Shown here: positions 33,489-43,403 of the stretch, one piece after another
Layout: each line of letters begins with the position of its first letter
Position numbering within the stretch: position 1 is the stretch's first letter
Assembly (NCBI GenBank): GCA_963706025.1
Contig: CAVPLM010000005.1
Span: 672,001-736,000 of the forward strand
Source: an uncultured Actinomycetes bacterium
Lineage (GTDB): Bacteria > Actinomycetota > Thermoleophilia > RBG-16-64-13
Reading direction: 5' to 3'
DNA length: 64,000 nt
Made by a program: the position numbers and the translations under genes
Notes under the pieces: model-generated
What the model was told of the DNA's origin: nothing
Seen by the model: only the letters and a program-made list of their open reading frames with translations
The model's database searches: none

Positions 33489-34487
33489 TCAAGACAGAGG
33501 AGCCCCACAAGCCAGGCGCGCCCGATACCCGCGCAGGCGTAGGCGGACGGCTACTTCTTCCGCCTCCTGGGGCGACCGACACAGGCCAAGAAGCGTCGGA
33601 CCCGAGCCGCTCATCACCGCCCCGAGGGCTCCTTCCTCGACCAGCGCGTCCCTGTCCTCGCTCAGCCCGGGGAGCAGGCGGAAGCTGGCCCTCTGAAGGT
33701 CGTTCTCGAGCAGCTCGGCGATGGCGGGCACTGCCTCATCCGACTCCAGCCGACCTTCGGCCCACCGCGCAGCGAGGGCGCGCCAGCGCGCCTCGTGCGC
33801 CCTCGCGCGCTCGTGGAACCCAGCGCCACCTCCGGCGACAGACCCCGGCCCGCCGCCGGCGACCAACCCCGGCTGCTCCGCGGCGCCCAACCCCGGCTGC
33901 TCCGCGGCGATCCGGTCAAATTCCTTGTACACCGCTGCCGTCGACAACTGCGCCTCATGCAAGACGAGAACAAGCGGCAATGGAGGAAGCCCTATCGGCT
34001 CGAGCAGGTCACCGATGCCCGTCGCGAACGAGGGCTCCGGCCGCAAGAAGAAAGGGACATCCGCCCCCACGCCGCGGGCCAGCATCCGAAGCTCGTGCTC
34101 TCCAAGCACGGGCCCCCCGGCCGCGGCGATCGCCTGCGCCCCCGCTCTCAGGGCAGCAGCGGCATCAGAGCTACCTCCGCCGAGCCCCGCGCCGGCGGGG
34201 ATCCCCTTGGTGATGCCGACCCGCCCGTCGATGACCCAGCCGGTGGCTCTTTCCAGAGAGCGCAGTGCCCGCGCGGCCAGATTATCCTCCCCGGACGCTA
34301 CTTCGCACTCCACCCGTAGGACTCCGCGGCCTTCTCGCGACCTTCGGGCTACCAGTTCGAACTCTAGACCGTCGAATACGTCGATAGGCACGAAGACCGA
34401 GAACAGCTCGTGATAGCCGTCGGCCCTCACCGGTCCTATGAGCAGGCTCAGGTTGACCTTGGCGGGAGCCTTCGTCTCAAGGCGCAC
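33489..34487 (-). CDS. ispE: 4-diphosphocytidyl-2-C-methyl-D-erythritol kinase
   Basis: APAKVNL, DGYHEL, IPAGAGLGGGSSDAA, GADVPFF, MSGSGPT. Confidence 0.95.
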   Translation of the reverse strand: MRLETKAPAKVNLSLLIGPVRADGYHELFSVFVPIDVFDGLEFELVARRSREGRGVLRVECEVASGEDNLAARALRSLERATGWVIDGRVGITKGIPAGAGLGGGSSDAAAALRAGAQAIAAAGGPVLGEHELRMLARGVGADVPFFLRPEPSFATGIGDLLEPIGLPPLPLVLVLHEAQLSTAAVYKEFDRIAAEQPGLGAAEQPGLVAGGGPGSVAGGGAGFHERARAHEARWRALAARWAEGRLESDEAVPAIAELLENDLQRASFRLLPGLSEDRDALVEEGALGAVMSGSGPTLLGLCRSPQEAEEVAVRLRLRGYRARLACGAPLS

Positions 34488-34499
34488 GGTGCTCTTCTT

Positions 34500-34610
34500 T
34501 CATCTGGATGTCACCAGGGACAAGGGCTCATCCCCGTCCCCGCACCCCGAGATCCCCAGCAGGCTGGTGGCCAGAAAAGCCATGAGAAAGGATTTGACGA
34601 GATGTTGCAT
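34500..34610 (-). CDS. 36-aa micro-ORF with a lipoprotein-type signal
   Basis: SD GAGGGAG; MQHLVKSFLMAFLATSLLGISGCGDGDEPLSLVTSR*. Confidence 0.35.
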   Translation of the reverse strand: MQHLVKSFLMAFLATSLLGISGCGDGDEPLSLVTSR

Positions 34611-34658
34611 CGATCGACTCCCTCGCATCCTCAGTCCGTGCAACCCGACACTCGAGCC

Positions 34659-35039
34659 CTAGTCTTCCTCCATCCAGTATTCAACGAACTCACTCGCCCG
34701 TCCGTCTGGCGCTAGGGCGACCAGCCAGAGATTGTGGTACACCTCGGGCGCGCTGCGTTCGACAGAACCTCCTTCGGGATAGCGGGTGACGCCGCGAACC
34801 ACGTAGAGGTCGCCCTCCTGGGCGATCAACTCATAGTCGAACGTCCACGGGACCTTCGAGTCCCCCGCTCCGATCCACCAGGCGACAATGTCGTCCCTCC
34901 CCCGGTGGGCGTCCCGGAAGGGCTCCGTGTAGTAGCGGGCATCATCGGTGAACAAGCGGGCGATGTGACTCGGGTCGTCGGTTCTCCAGGCGACTTGATA
35001 GAGTTCCAGCCACTCATCGATCCGGACGTCGTCGATCAT
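34659..35039 (-). CDS. NTF2/SnoaL-like protein
   Basis: AW..DDP..IARLFTDDARY...GRDDI...YHNLWLV...EFVEYW. Confidence 0.8.
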   Translation of the reverse strand: MIDDVRIDEWLELYQVAWRTDDPSHIARLFTDDARYYTEPFRDAHRGRDDIVAWWIGAGDSKVPWTFDYELIAQEGDLYVVRGVTRYPEGGSVERSAPEVYHNLWLVALAPDGRASEFVEYWMEED

Positions 35040-35099
35040 GCGATCTCCTCCTCCGCGCTCAGCGCTCTCTCGCCCTACGGTGTCGGCCTCGCCGATGCC

Positions 35100-35798
35100 T
35101 CAATTCCCCTGGTTGAGCCAGCCCATCATCGCTTCTCGGGATATGAGCGGCCGACTCACTGCTTCGAGGGTGTCGGGGCTCATCACCCCTCTTTCCGCCA
35201 GCTCCCGGCCGGCCCGCTGTGCCGCCTCAAGAACGGCCGCGCCATCGGGGGTCACTTCCCCCTGCGGTTTGAGCAGGGACACATGAGGTCGGAGCACGGC
35301 CCCGGCGAACTCCACACCCGCGTTTTGCGCCAACTCTTCTACGATGCGTAACACCGTGCCGAAGTTCTCCTTCTCCCACCATCCGCTTGTGGAGACGAGA
35401 CCGATCCGCTGGATGAGGACGTCCTTGCGGAACCGAGCGCGCGTGCGCCCCTCGCGAGTCTCCAATACTGGATCCAGCAGCGGACAGAGCCGGTTGATGA
35501 AGTTCTGCATATCCCCCGGCAGAGGGACATAGACGGGGGTGGCCAGGATGAGGATGTCCGCTTCTTTCAGCACTGGATACAGCGCCTCCATATCGTCCTT
35601 GTGAACACACCTTCCCGGTGTGTGCTCCCAGCAACGCATCTCCCCGCAATCACACGGTCTGACTTTGAGCCTGCTCGCGTAGAACAGGTCGACGTCGCAC
35701 CCCGCATCCGCCATCCCCTGAAGAAACGGGGTGAGAATCAGTGCGGTGTCCCCTTTGTCCATCCGGGGACTGCCATTGATGGCGACCACTCTGGCCAT
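35100..35798 (-). CDS. Flavodoxin-family NAD(P)H-dependent FMN reductase / iron-sulfur flavoprotein-like
   Basis: INGSPR..GDT, CDC...CW.....C, DDM, ATPVY, FINRL. Confidence 0.85.
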   Translation of the reverse strand: MARVVAINGSPRMDKGDTALILTPFLQGMADAGCDVDLFYASRLKVRPCDCGEMRCWEHTPGRCVHKDDMEALYPVLKEADILILATPVYVPLPGDMQNFINRLCPLLDPVLETREGRTRARFRKDVLIQRIGLVSTSGWWEKENFGTVLRIVEELAQNAGVEFAGAVLRPHVSLLKPQGEVTPDGAAVLEAAQRAGRELAERGVMSPDTLEAVSRPLISREAMMGWLNQGN

Positions 35799-35991
35799 TC
35801 CAGCCTCCTCGTGGGTCTGCGTACCGATTCCCCCCGACGCAGCGACTTCGTCGCGGCTCGTCGTTATCTATCCTACAACCAAAGATGCACATTCCCTTGA
35901 TGGATCCTGGACATTATGGTGAAGACCCCGCGGGCGCTGTGATATCATTGTGACTGCTTGATATCACCAATCGGAAACGGCGGGCAACGTG

Positions 35992-36234
35992 ATGATCCGG
36001 ACCATCATCAGCATGAGCGAAGAAGACAAAGCCTGGCTTGACCGACGCGCCCACGAGGAAGGCCTGACGATGACCGAGATCGTGCGCCGATCGGTCCACC
36101 TCTACCGGGAGGCCGTCGATCCGGGCGATTCCGAGTTCCTCCTTGTGCTCGAGCGGACTCGAGAAATGTGGAAAGGCGTCGATGGCCTTCAATACCAGCG
36201 ACAACTGAGAGACGAATGGGACATCCGAACTTGA
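35992..36234 (+). CDS. RHH/CopG-type antitoxin (VapB-like)
   Basis: MIRTIISMSEEDKAWL...MTEIVRR...DGLQYQRQLRDEW; overlaps the PIN gene. Confidence 0.8.
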   Translation: MIRTIISMSEEDKAWLDRRAHEEGLTMTEIVRRSVHLYREAVDPGDSEFLLVLERTREMWKGVDGLQYQRQLRDEWDIRT

Positions 36235-36599
36235 CTCTTCTCGTCGATTCGGTCATCTTCATCGACCACCTCGCCGGCCTGCCTCAGGCCACTGAGTTCC
36301 TCCAGCGCAACCGCCACAAGGTCTCGGTATCGGCGATCACCCGGGCGGAGGTCCTGGCTGGGTTTGACCCGACCGACAGTGAGTTGCCCGGGCGGTTGCT
36401 TGATTTCTTCCCCACTCTGAGCATCGACCGGGACACTGCCGACGCAGCCGCGGCGCTCAGACGCAGCCATGGGCTCAAGCTGCCCGACGCGTTCCAAGCG
36501 GCGCTTGCGCTCCAGCATCATCTGAAGCTCGTGACACGCGACACTCGCCACTTCCGACCCGAAAGGCTCCCATTCGTATTCGTGCCGTATTCCGTCTGA
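36231..36599 (+). CDS. vapC: PIN-domain toxin (VapC-like)
   Basis: LVDSVIFID, SAITRAEV, LKLPDA..AA.A, LVTRD. Confidence 0.85.
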   Translation: MTLLVDSVIFIDHLAGLPQATEFLQRNRHKVSVSAITRAEVLAGFDPTDSELPGRLLDFFPTLSIDRDTADAAAALRRSHGLKLPDAFQAALALQHHLKLVTRDTRHFRPERLPFVFVPYSV

Positions 36600-36679
36600 C
36601 TGCCACCCTCGGGCGCCGGGTAATGAAGCAGCCCAGGTAACGATGAGCCGCGTTTGAGGGAGTTCGATCACGCTGGATC

Positions 36680-37588
36680 TCAGCTCCGCCTGCCTCTCCC
36701 GGATTCCCCCCGCTCCCCCTGCACCCCGAGCCGCTTCGCCAATGCGACAAACTGCTCCGGCGCCAGCCTCTCCGCGCGAACGTCCGCGGGGAGACCGAGC
36801 CCCGTGACCGCCTCGAGCGCCCGCTCCCGTGACAGACCCAGCCCCCCGGCCAGCGCGTTGACCAGGGTCTTGCGCCGTTGCCCGAAGGCCGCCTGGATGA
36901 CCATCCGTAACTGCCCCGAGTCGCTCGGTGGCAGCTGCGCCTGGGATAGCCGATCGAGAACCACCAGGCTCGAGTCCACGTGCGGCTGCGGATAGAAGAT
37001 GGATCGCGCGAGTGGGCGCACGCGCACGATCCGGGCGTACAGTTGGACCCACACGGAAAGCACACCATAGGCCTTGGTCCCGGGGATGGCGGCCATGCGT
37101 TCGGCCACCTCTCGCTGGACCATCACGCAGTAGCGACGTATGGTCGGCAACCGCCGCAGAGACTCGATAATGAACGGACCGGCCACCGAGTACGGGAGAT
37201 TGCTCGCGCATAGGGTGGGACGTGGCTCCAGGTGTTCCAGAGACGCCTTGAGGACGTCCTCGAAGTGCAGGCTGACCTTGGGATCATCCCGCAGAGTGGC
37301 GGTGAGCGGCGCCTCCAGACTCCGGTCAACCTCGAACGCGTGCACGTGCCTCGCCACTCCGGCCAACGCGCTGGTGAGCACCCCAAGCCCGGCGCCGATC
37401 TCCAGGACCACGTCGTCAACGCCACATTCCAGTTGGCGGAGGATCACACCGAGGATGTTGTCATCGATGAGGAAGTTCTGTCCCAGATCCCGCTTCGGGG
37501 TGATGCCGAACTCGGTCAGCCGGGCCAGCGAAACCTGGCGCAGGCCGGAGGCCGCGGGTGAGCCATCGGCCTGGCCGGCGCTCCCCAC
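36680..37588 (-). CDS. rsmA: 16S rRNA dimethyladenosine transferase
   Basis: LGQNFLID, LEIGAGLG, NLPY, MVQREVAER, AFGQRRKTL. Confidence 0.95.
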   Translation of the reverse strand: MGSAGQADGSPAASGLRQVSLARLTEFGITPKRDLGQNFLIDDNILGVILRQLECGVDDVVLEIGAGLGVLTSALAGVARHVHAFEVDRSLEAPLTATLRDDPKVSLHFEDVLKASLEHLEPRPTLCASNLPYSVAGPFIIESLRRLPTIRRYCVMVQREVAERMAAIPGTKAYGVLSVWVQLYARIVRVRPLARSIFYPQPHVDSSLVVLDRLSQAQLPPSDSGQLRMVIQAAFGQRRKTLVNALAGGLGLSRERALEAVTGLGLPADVRAERLAPEQFVALAKRLGVQGERGESGRGRRS

Positions 37589-37624
37589 TCTTCGGGTGAC
37601 GGTGTTTGGGCGACCCCGCCGCGT

Positions 37625-38416
37625 TCATCGGGCGCTCCCGAGCTGGCTCCCGAGCTGTCTCGCCAACCGCGGGAACGCTGCGTGGGCGTTTGCATCGATC
37701 TGAATCGCAAGCTCGTTCACCGCGACCCCCCGCAGGTCGGCCACGAACTCATATACCTTCGCCACCAGCGCCGGCCGGTTGGGTCGGCCGCGCAGGGGCA
37801 TGGGCGTGAGCCAGGGTGCGTCCGTCTCGAGCAGGAGAAGGGGCGCAGGCACGGCCTGGGCGGCAGCCTGGAGGTCGACCGCGTTCTTGTAGGTGACGTT
37901 GCCGGCGAAGCTGATGTAGTAACCACGCTCGACCACCTCCTCGAGACGGTCCGGCAACGAGAAGCAGTGGAGGATCACGGTCAACCCCGGAGCGTGCTCC
38001 GCCAGCACCGAAAGCGTGAGATCCGCCGCGTCCCGAGTGTGGATGACCACCGGCAGGTCGGCCCGCCGGGCCAAATCGAGCTGGCGGATGAACACGTCCT
38101 CCTGGACTTCGTGCGGCCAGTTGTCGTGATAGAAATCGAGGCCCGTCTCCCCCACCGCCACGACCCGGGGATGAGCGGTGAGTTCCTCGATAGCGGCCAT
38201 GTGCTCGTCGGTAGCGTGACCCGCCTCTTGGGGGTGGAACCCGACGGTAGCGAAGACCTCCGGGCACTGCTCAGCGAGCCGCACCGACCAGCGCGATCGG
38301 ACCAGGTCGATGCCCGCTTGGATGATGAGGCCGACCCCGGCTTCGCGGGCGTCGGCGACCAGGCCGGTAGCGTCCGCATGGCAGTGATCGAGGTGGGTGT
38401 GCGAGTCGATGAACAT
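37625..38416 (-). CDS. tatD: TatD family DNase
   Basis: IDSHTHL, VGETGLDF, VIHTRDA, LHCFS, LETDAP. Confidence 0.93.
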   Translation of the reverse strand: MFIDSHTHLDHCHADATGLVADAREAGVGLIIQAGIDLVRSRWSVRLAEQCPEVFATVGFHPQEAGHATDEHMAAIEELTAHPRVVAVGETGLDFYHDNWPHEVQEDVFIRQLDLARRADLPVVIHTRDAADLTLSVLAEHAPGLTVILHCFSLPDRLEEVVERGYYISFAGNVTYKNAVDLQAAAQAVPAPLLLLETDAPWLTPMPLRGRPNRPALVAKVYEFVADLRGVAVNELAIQIDANAHAAFPRLARQLGSQLGSAR

Positions 38417-38475
38417 GGTGGCGGCCGCGTTGCCCCGGTGGGACTGACGTGGTCGGTCGGCGCGCGGCGCGCCGG

Positions 38476-40089
38476 TCAGTCCTCGATGCGGGGGAACAGT
38501 GGCAAGCCGGCGACGAGCGTTAGACCACCGGGCAAGAGGCCCCAGCCGGCTTGATCCCAGGCGGGTGGCTGAGCGGACGGACCGTCGGGATCCATACCGA
38601 GCCGTTGCCTGATAGCCGCCGCCGTTTCTGGGACGAACGGATGCAGCAGGACCGAGAGCAGACGGAGGCCTTCGGCCAGGTCCCACAGAGCGGCATCGAG
38701 CTCGGCGGCCGCGCCCGCCCCGGCCCGGGCCGCGCCGTCGCCGTCCCCCGGCGTGCCGGCGGTGGCGTCGGTGCCGGAGGCGCGCTCCGCCGCCGCCTCC
38801 TTAGCCAGTTTCCACGGGGCCTGCTCTTCCACGTAACGGTTGAGCCGGCGCACGAAGACCCATATGGTCTCCAGGGCCGCGCTCAGGTCCATCTCTTCCA
38901 GTTGCACCCGGGCTGTCTCCGCTGTTCCGGCAGCCTGGGCGGCCAGCGGCGAATCGCTCGGGAGACGGCCGGGGGGCGGCGCCGGGACGGCGCCGCCCCG
39001 GTACTTGCCGATCATCGACGTGGTCCGCGACACGAGATTGCCCAGCTCATTGGCCAATTCGGCGTTGTACCGGGCTTTGAACCCCTCTTCGCTCACCATG
39101 CCGTCCTGGCCGAAGCTCACCTCGCGCAGGCAGTAGAACCGGAACGGGTCGGCCCCGTATTGCTCGATGAGTGGGAAGGGGTCCATCACGTTCCCCCGGG
39201 TCTTGGACATCTTCTCCCCGCCCAGCTTGAGATATCCATGTATGAACAGATGTTCCGGTAGTTCATATCCGGCCGACATCAGGAGCGCCGGCCAGATGAT
39301 GGCGTGGAACTTGAGGATATCCTGGGCCATCAAGTGGTAGGTCGCCGGCCAGAAACGGACAAGATCTTCACCGGGAGCAAAGTGCAGCGCGCTCATGTAG
39401 CTGATGAGCGCGTCGATCCACACGTAGATCACCTGCGAGGGATCCCAGGGGACGGTGATACCCCACTTGAGGGTCGCCCGGGAGATGGATATGTCTTCCA
39501 GGCCCTGCTCGATGAACGAGAGCGCCTCGTTGTAGCGGTGCCGGGGACGGATCCAGTCGGGATGGCGCGTGTAGTGATGGACAAGCCGGTCCTGATAGGC
39601 CGAGAGCCGGAAGAAGTAGTTCTGCTCCTCCATGCGTGCCGGGGCCGTGCCGTGGTCGGGGCAGAGGCCTTCCACCAGGTTCTCTTCGGTGTAGTACGCC
39701 TCGCATGCAGAGCAGTAGAGACCGGCATACGAACTGGTGTAGATATCGCCGTTGTCGTAGCAGCGCTGGACAAAATCTTGTACGAATCTCTCGTGCTCCG
39801 GGTCGGTGGTCCGTATGAGGAAGTCGATCGTGGCGTTCACCTGCTGGGCGACTTCCCGGAACTTGATTACGATCTCGTCGGCATGCTCCTTGGGAGTCAG
39901 GCCCCGGGCGAGTGCAGCCTGCTCGATCTTGCTGCCGTGCTCGTCGGTGCCGGTGAGGAAGTAGACGTCGTCACCCACCTGTCGATGGAAGCGCACAGCC
40001 ACGTCGGCGGCCGTGGTGGTGTAGGCGTGCCCGATGTGCGGCACGTCGTTGACGTAGTAGATGGGAGTGGTGATATAGAACCGGCCCAT
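38476..40089 (-). CDS. metG: Methionyl-tRNA synthetase (short form)
   Basis: FYITTPIYYVN, HIGH, TGTDEHG, YVWIDAL, KMSKT, LFPRI. Confidence 0.97.
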   Translation of the reverse strand: MGRFYITTPIYYVNDVPHIGHAYTTTAADVAVRFHRQVGDDVYFLTGTDEHGSKIEQAALARGLTPKEHADEIVIKFREVAQQVNATIDFLIRTTDPEHERFVQDFVQRCYDNGDIYTSSYAGLYCSACEAYYTEENLVEGLCPDHGTAPARMEEQNYFFRLSAYQDRLVHHYTRHPDWIRPRHRYNEALSFIEQGLEDISISRATLKWGITVPWDPSQVIYVWIDALISYMSALHFAPGEDLVRFWPATYHLMAQDILKFHAIIWPALLMSAGYELPEHLFIHGYLKLGGEKMSKTRGNVMDPFPLIEQYGADPFRFYCLREVSFGQDGMVSEEGFKARYNAELANELGNLVSRTTSMIGKYRGGAVPAPPPGRLPSDSPLAAQAAGTAETARVQLEEMDLSAALETIWVFVRRLNRYVEEQAPWKLAKEAAAERASGTDATAGTPGDGDGAARAGAGAAAELDAALWDLAEGLRLLSVLLHPFVPETAAAIRQRLGMDPDGPSAQPPAWDQAGWGLLPGGLTLVAGLPLFPRIED

Positions 40090-40208
40090 GGCCGGGCTAT
40101 TCTAACAGATGGCCTTTCAGCGCCCCCGGTCGCGGTGCCGTACCCGGCGCGGCTCCCGGCGGTCTGACTCGGCGCCGGCGCGGTCCGGCATCCGACCGCC
40201 CGCCGCGC

Positions 40209-41096
40209 CTATCCCCGCTCTTTGGCCTTCAAGGCCAGCGCGTAGGCCTGTTTGACCGACAGCCCGGTCAGATCGGCGACGATCCTGGCCGCCGGCTTGG
40301 TGCCCACCCCCGAATCCATCAGCTCGGCGAGAGCCTTGTACGCCCGTGCCTCCACCTCAGACAAGGCGCTCTGGTTGCTGCCAGCGCCGCGCGCGTCTTG
40401 CCCGGGAGCGCTCCGGCCCCTCGTCCCGGTGCCGCCGGAAGCCTCTAGCACCAGGACCACCTCGCCGCGCACCAGTTCTTCCAGCCCGGCAAGCACCTCT
40501 ACCGCCGTGCCGCGAACGACCTCTTCGTGCAGTTTGGTGATTTCTCGGCACACCGCCAGGCGGCGATCGGGCCAGCGCTCACCGATGGCCGCCAGGGAGG
40601 CACGAAGCCGCCGTGGTGACTCGAAGGCCACCAGGGCGGTCCCTGTCCCCTCGAAGACCTCCAGTTGCGCCAGCAGCTTCGTCTTGCCGCGGGCAAGAAA
40701 ACCTATGAAGGCAAAACGATCGGCGGGCAGTGCCGAGAGTACGAGCGCCGTCGATATGGACGACGGCCCCGGGAGCACCGTCAAGGGGATGGCCTCGGCA
40801 GCGCAGGCCCTCACCAGGCTGAAGCCGGGGTCCGACAGCCCGGGCATGCCGGCGTCAGAGACCAGGGCCACGTCCCTGCCTTCGCGGAGCAGCGGAAGCA
40901 GCGCCTGCAGGCGCTGCTCTTCGTTGTGGTCGTGGAAGCTCACCAGCCGGCCGGCGTCGACGCCGTGGCGCGCAAGCAGGATCCGGGTCCGCCGGGTGTC
41001 CTCGCAGGCGATCACATCTGCCCGCCCCAGTACGTCAAGGACGCGCAGGGTTATGTCCTGAAGGTTGCCGATAGGTGTAGGGCAGATGTACAACAT
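40209..41096 (-). CDS. rsmI: 16S rRNA C1402 2'-O-methyltransferase
   Basis: LYICPTPIGNLQDIT, CEDTRRT, VSDAGMPGLSDPG, FESPRR, REITKLHEE. Confidence 0.95.
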   Translation of the reverse strand: MLYICPTPIGNLQDITLRVLDVLGRADVIACEDTRRTRILLARHGVDAGRLVSFHDHNEEQRLQALLPLLREGRDVALVSDAGMPGLSDPGFSLVRACAAEAIPLTVLPGPSSISTALVLSALPADRFAFIGFLARGKTKLLAQLEVFEGTGTALVAFESPRRLRASLAAIGERWPDRRLAVCREITKLHEEVVRGTAVEVLAGLEELVRGEVVLVLEASGGTGTRGRSAPGQDARGAGSNQSALSEVEARAYKALAELMDSGVGTKPAARIVADLTGLSVKQAYALALKAKERG

Positions 41097-41127
41097 CGCA
41101 TCGGTGCGGCGCGCGCGGGGCCGGCTG

Positions 41128-42087
41128 CTACCCCAGGACTTCCCAGGCCGCCAACCCGCCACCGACGAGACCGGCTTTGTTCCCCAGCTTGGCCGCAGCG
41201 ACCTGCACGCGGTCCCTACCCGGCGGCAAGGCATTCTCACGCACGAACGCGCGGGCAGGGGATATCAGCAACTCACCCAGTTCCCCCACGCCTCCCCCGA
41301 CCACGATCATCTCGGGGTCGAAGATGTGCGTCAGGCCTACGAGACCGATGCCCAGCCATCCGGCAAGCTCATGCACCACTCCCAACGCTCCCGCGTCGCC
41401 CAACCGAGCGAGACGGCTAACTCGCGCCCCGTCAGCCGACCCTGTTCCGCAAGCTCGCGAAGAGCGCCGGTGGGATCCGTTGCGTCATCTTTGGCCCGGA
41501 CTTCGGCAAACCGCTCCAGCGCCGACCCGGAAGCGTACATCTCCAGACAACCTCTGTTCCCGCAGCGACAGGGCAGACCATCGGCCTGGACGACGACGTG
41601 TCCGAGCTCGCCGGCCCCGCCGCTCGCTCCTCGATAGAGCCGGCCGTCCAGGAAAAGGGCCCCACCGACGCCCGGTGCCCAGGGTCAGCATGACCACGTG
41701 CTGCAACCCGGCGGCCGCGCCGGCCACGGCTTCGCCCAGTACCGCGGCGTTGGCGTCGTTCTCGAGGACCACGGGGATGCCGAGGGACTCCTCGAGAATC
41801 CCGGCGAGTGGCACATCCTCGAGCGGAAGGTTCGGAGACGACAGGACGACGCCGTGCGCATGGTCGACGGTCCCGGCGCAGGCGAGGCCGATCGCTTCAG
41901 GTTGGAAGTCGGCGAAGTCCGCCAACGCCCGGCGCAGCGTGCTTTCGAGACCGCCGATGAAAGCCGCCGTCCCCACTGCCTGGCTGGAATCGAAAAGCGG
42001 CGGTGCGAGCTGCAATCCGGCCCGGTCCACCGGACCGACCGCGACTTTCGTCCCGCCGACGTCCACGCCAAGCACCGAGCTCATCAT
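41128..42087 (-). CDS. ROK-family glucokinase (frameshifted)
   Basis: GVDVGGTK, ENDANAA, LTLGTG, Cys-containing GELGH..C.CG..GCLE motif across frames. Confidence 0.85.
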
Positions 42088-42359
42088 GTCTCCTCCTCCG
42101 GCATGCTCACGTCCTCTGTCGCGTCCTCTGATGGCTCCAGAGCCGCACGTGCCTCTTCCAGATCGCCCGGACGCACCAGGATATCCTGCTGTCCGCACCC
42201 ATCCACCGTCAGGCCGTAGACGACCGAAAGCGCGTCATGCCGGACCATGGCTTCGATCCCCGCGCTGCGCAACTTGGCCACGATTATCTCGGCCTCCACC
42301 GGATCATAGACCGTGGTCAACAAGACAGGCAAACCCGCCTCAGAGTCCGAGATCATCAC
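42084..42359 (-). CDS. DUF2007 putative signal-transducing protein
   Basis: EAEIIVAKLRSAGI...ILVRPGDLEEARAAL. Confidence 0.7.
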   Translation of the reverse strand: MMISDSEAGLPVLLTTVYDPVEAEIIVAKLRSAGIEAMVRHDALSVVYGLTVDGCGQQDILVRPGDLEEARAALEPSEDATEDVSMPEEET

Positions 42360-42894
42360 TCACCTCCTTCATAGCCTCCAGACCGATGGCGAGGAATTCC
42401 TCCAGGTCTATGCCCAGCTCCGTGCAGGTCATGATGTCCTCCCTGCGGGCTCCCTTTGCAAAAGAGGGCTCCTTGAATCGTTTCTTCAGGCTCTTCAGCT
42501 CCACCAGTTCGAGCCGCTTCTCAGGTCTGATGAGGGCCGCCGCCGTCACCAAACCGGTGAGGGGATCGCAGGCGAAAAGCGCCCGGTCCATGCGGCTCTC
42601 TATGCCCGATCCGTTCGCGGAATTGTGAGCGGCGATCGCGTGCAGCACGGCCTCGTCGTCGAGACCTTCCTCGCGCAGCCACTTCACGGTGAGAACGCCG
42701 TGGATCTCCATGGAATCGGCGGTCTCCTCAGCATCCAGATCGTGGAGCAGCCCGGCCAGGCGCCACGATGCCTCGTCCTCCCCCAGTCGCCGTGCGAGCG
42801 CCCCCATTATCGCCTCGGCAGCCAGCATGTGCTTGACCATGTTCTCGTTCCGGACGTGCTCCCGCACTATCCGGAGCGCCTCCTCTCTGTTCAC
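42340..42894 (-). CDS. HD/HDIG-domain protein
   Basis: KHMLAAEAIM, GLLHDLD, CDPLTGLV, KKRFKEPSFAKG. Confidence 0.85.
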   Translation of the reverse strand: MNREEALRIVREHVRNENMVKHMLAAEAIMGALARRLGEDEASWRLAGLLHDLDAEETADSMEIHGVLTVKWLREEGLDDEAVLHAIAAHNSANGSGIESRMDRALFACDPLTGLVTAAALIRPEKRLELVELKSLKKRFKEPSFAKGARREDIMTCTELGIDLEEFLAIGLEAMKEVSDDLGL

Positions 42895-43403
42895 CGTCCC
42901 TCCGTCTGCCACAGAACCGTGGCCATTCGGGTAGCCCTTCTCACATCGTCCGCAGACCAACTGCTCCGCCCCAGAGCCGCCAGCTGCTCCCATTCCTGGG
43001 CCGAGGCCCAGCGCCACTCACTTGCCCCCTCCGGTTCCAGATGGAGGCGGTCGGTATCGCCTACGGGGCGGCAGGCCATGCTGACCGCCAGCAGGCGCTC
43101 GCCCTTATACATGGTCAGAAGCGCATAGCACGGGCCGCCCACCCGCACCTCCAGCCCGGTCTCCTCGGCGACCTCGCGCGCCACTGCCCCCGCCAGGTCT
43201 TCGTCTTCTTCCATCCGGCCCCCAGGCGGGTCCCAGGCGTCCACAGGGTGTTCTCGATGGAGAAGGAGCCACGTGCCGCCCCCGGCCCTGTCGCCGCCCA
43301 GAGCGCCGCCGCCCGCGTGCTCGTCTTCTCGACCGATCAGGCCCACCACCGCCACCCGTACGTACGGCGCCCGGGGATCGCCGGCGGGCCCATTGCCTCT
43401 CAT
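42891..43403 (-). CDS. NUDIX hydrolase
   Basis: PGGRMEEDE.....AREVAEETGL Nudix box. Confidence 0.85.
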   Translation of the reverse strand: MRGNGPAGDPRAPYVRVAVVGLIGREDEHAGGGALGGDRAGGGTWLLLHREHPVDAWDPPGGRMEEDEDLAGAVAREVAEETGLEVRVGGPCYALLTMYKGERLLAVSMACRPVGDTDRLHLEPEGASEWRWASAQEWEQLAALGRSSWSADDVRRATRMATVLWQTEGR

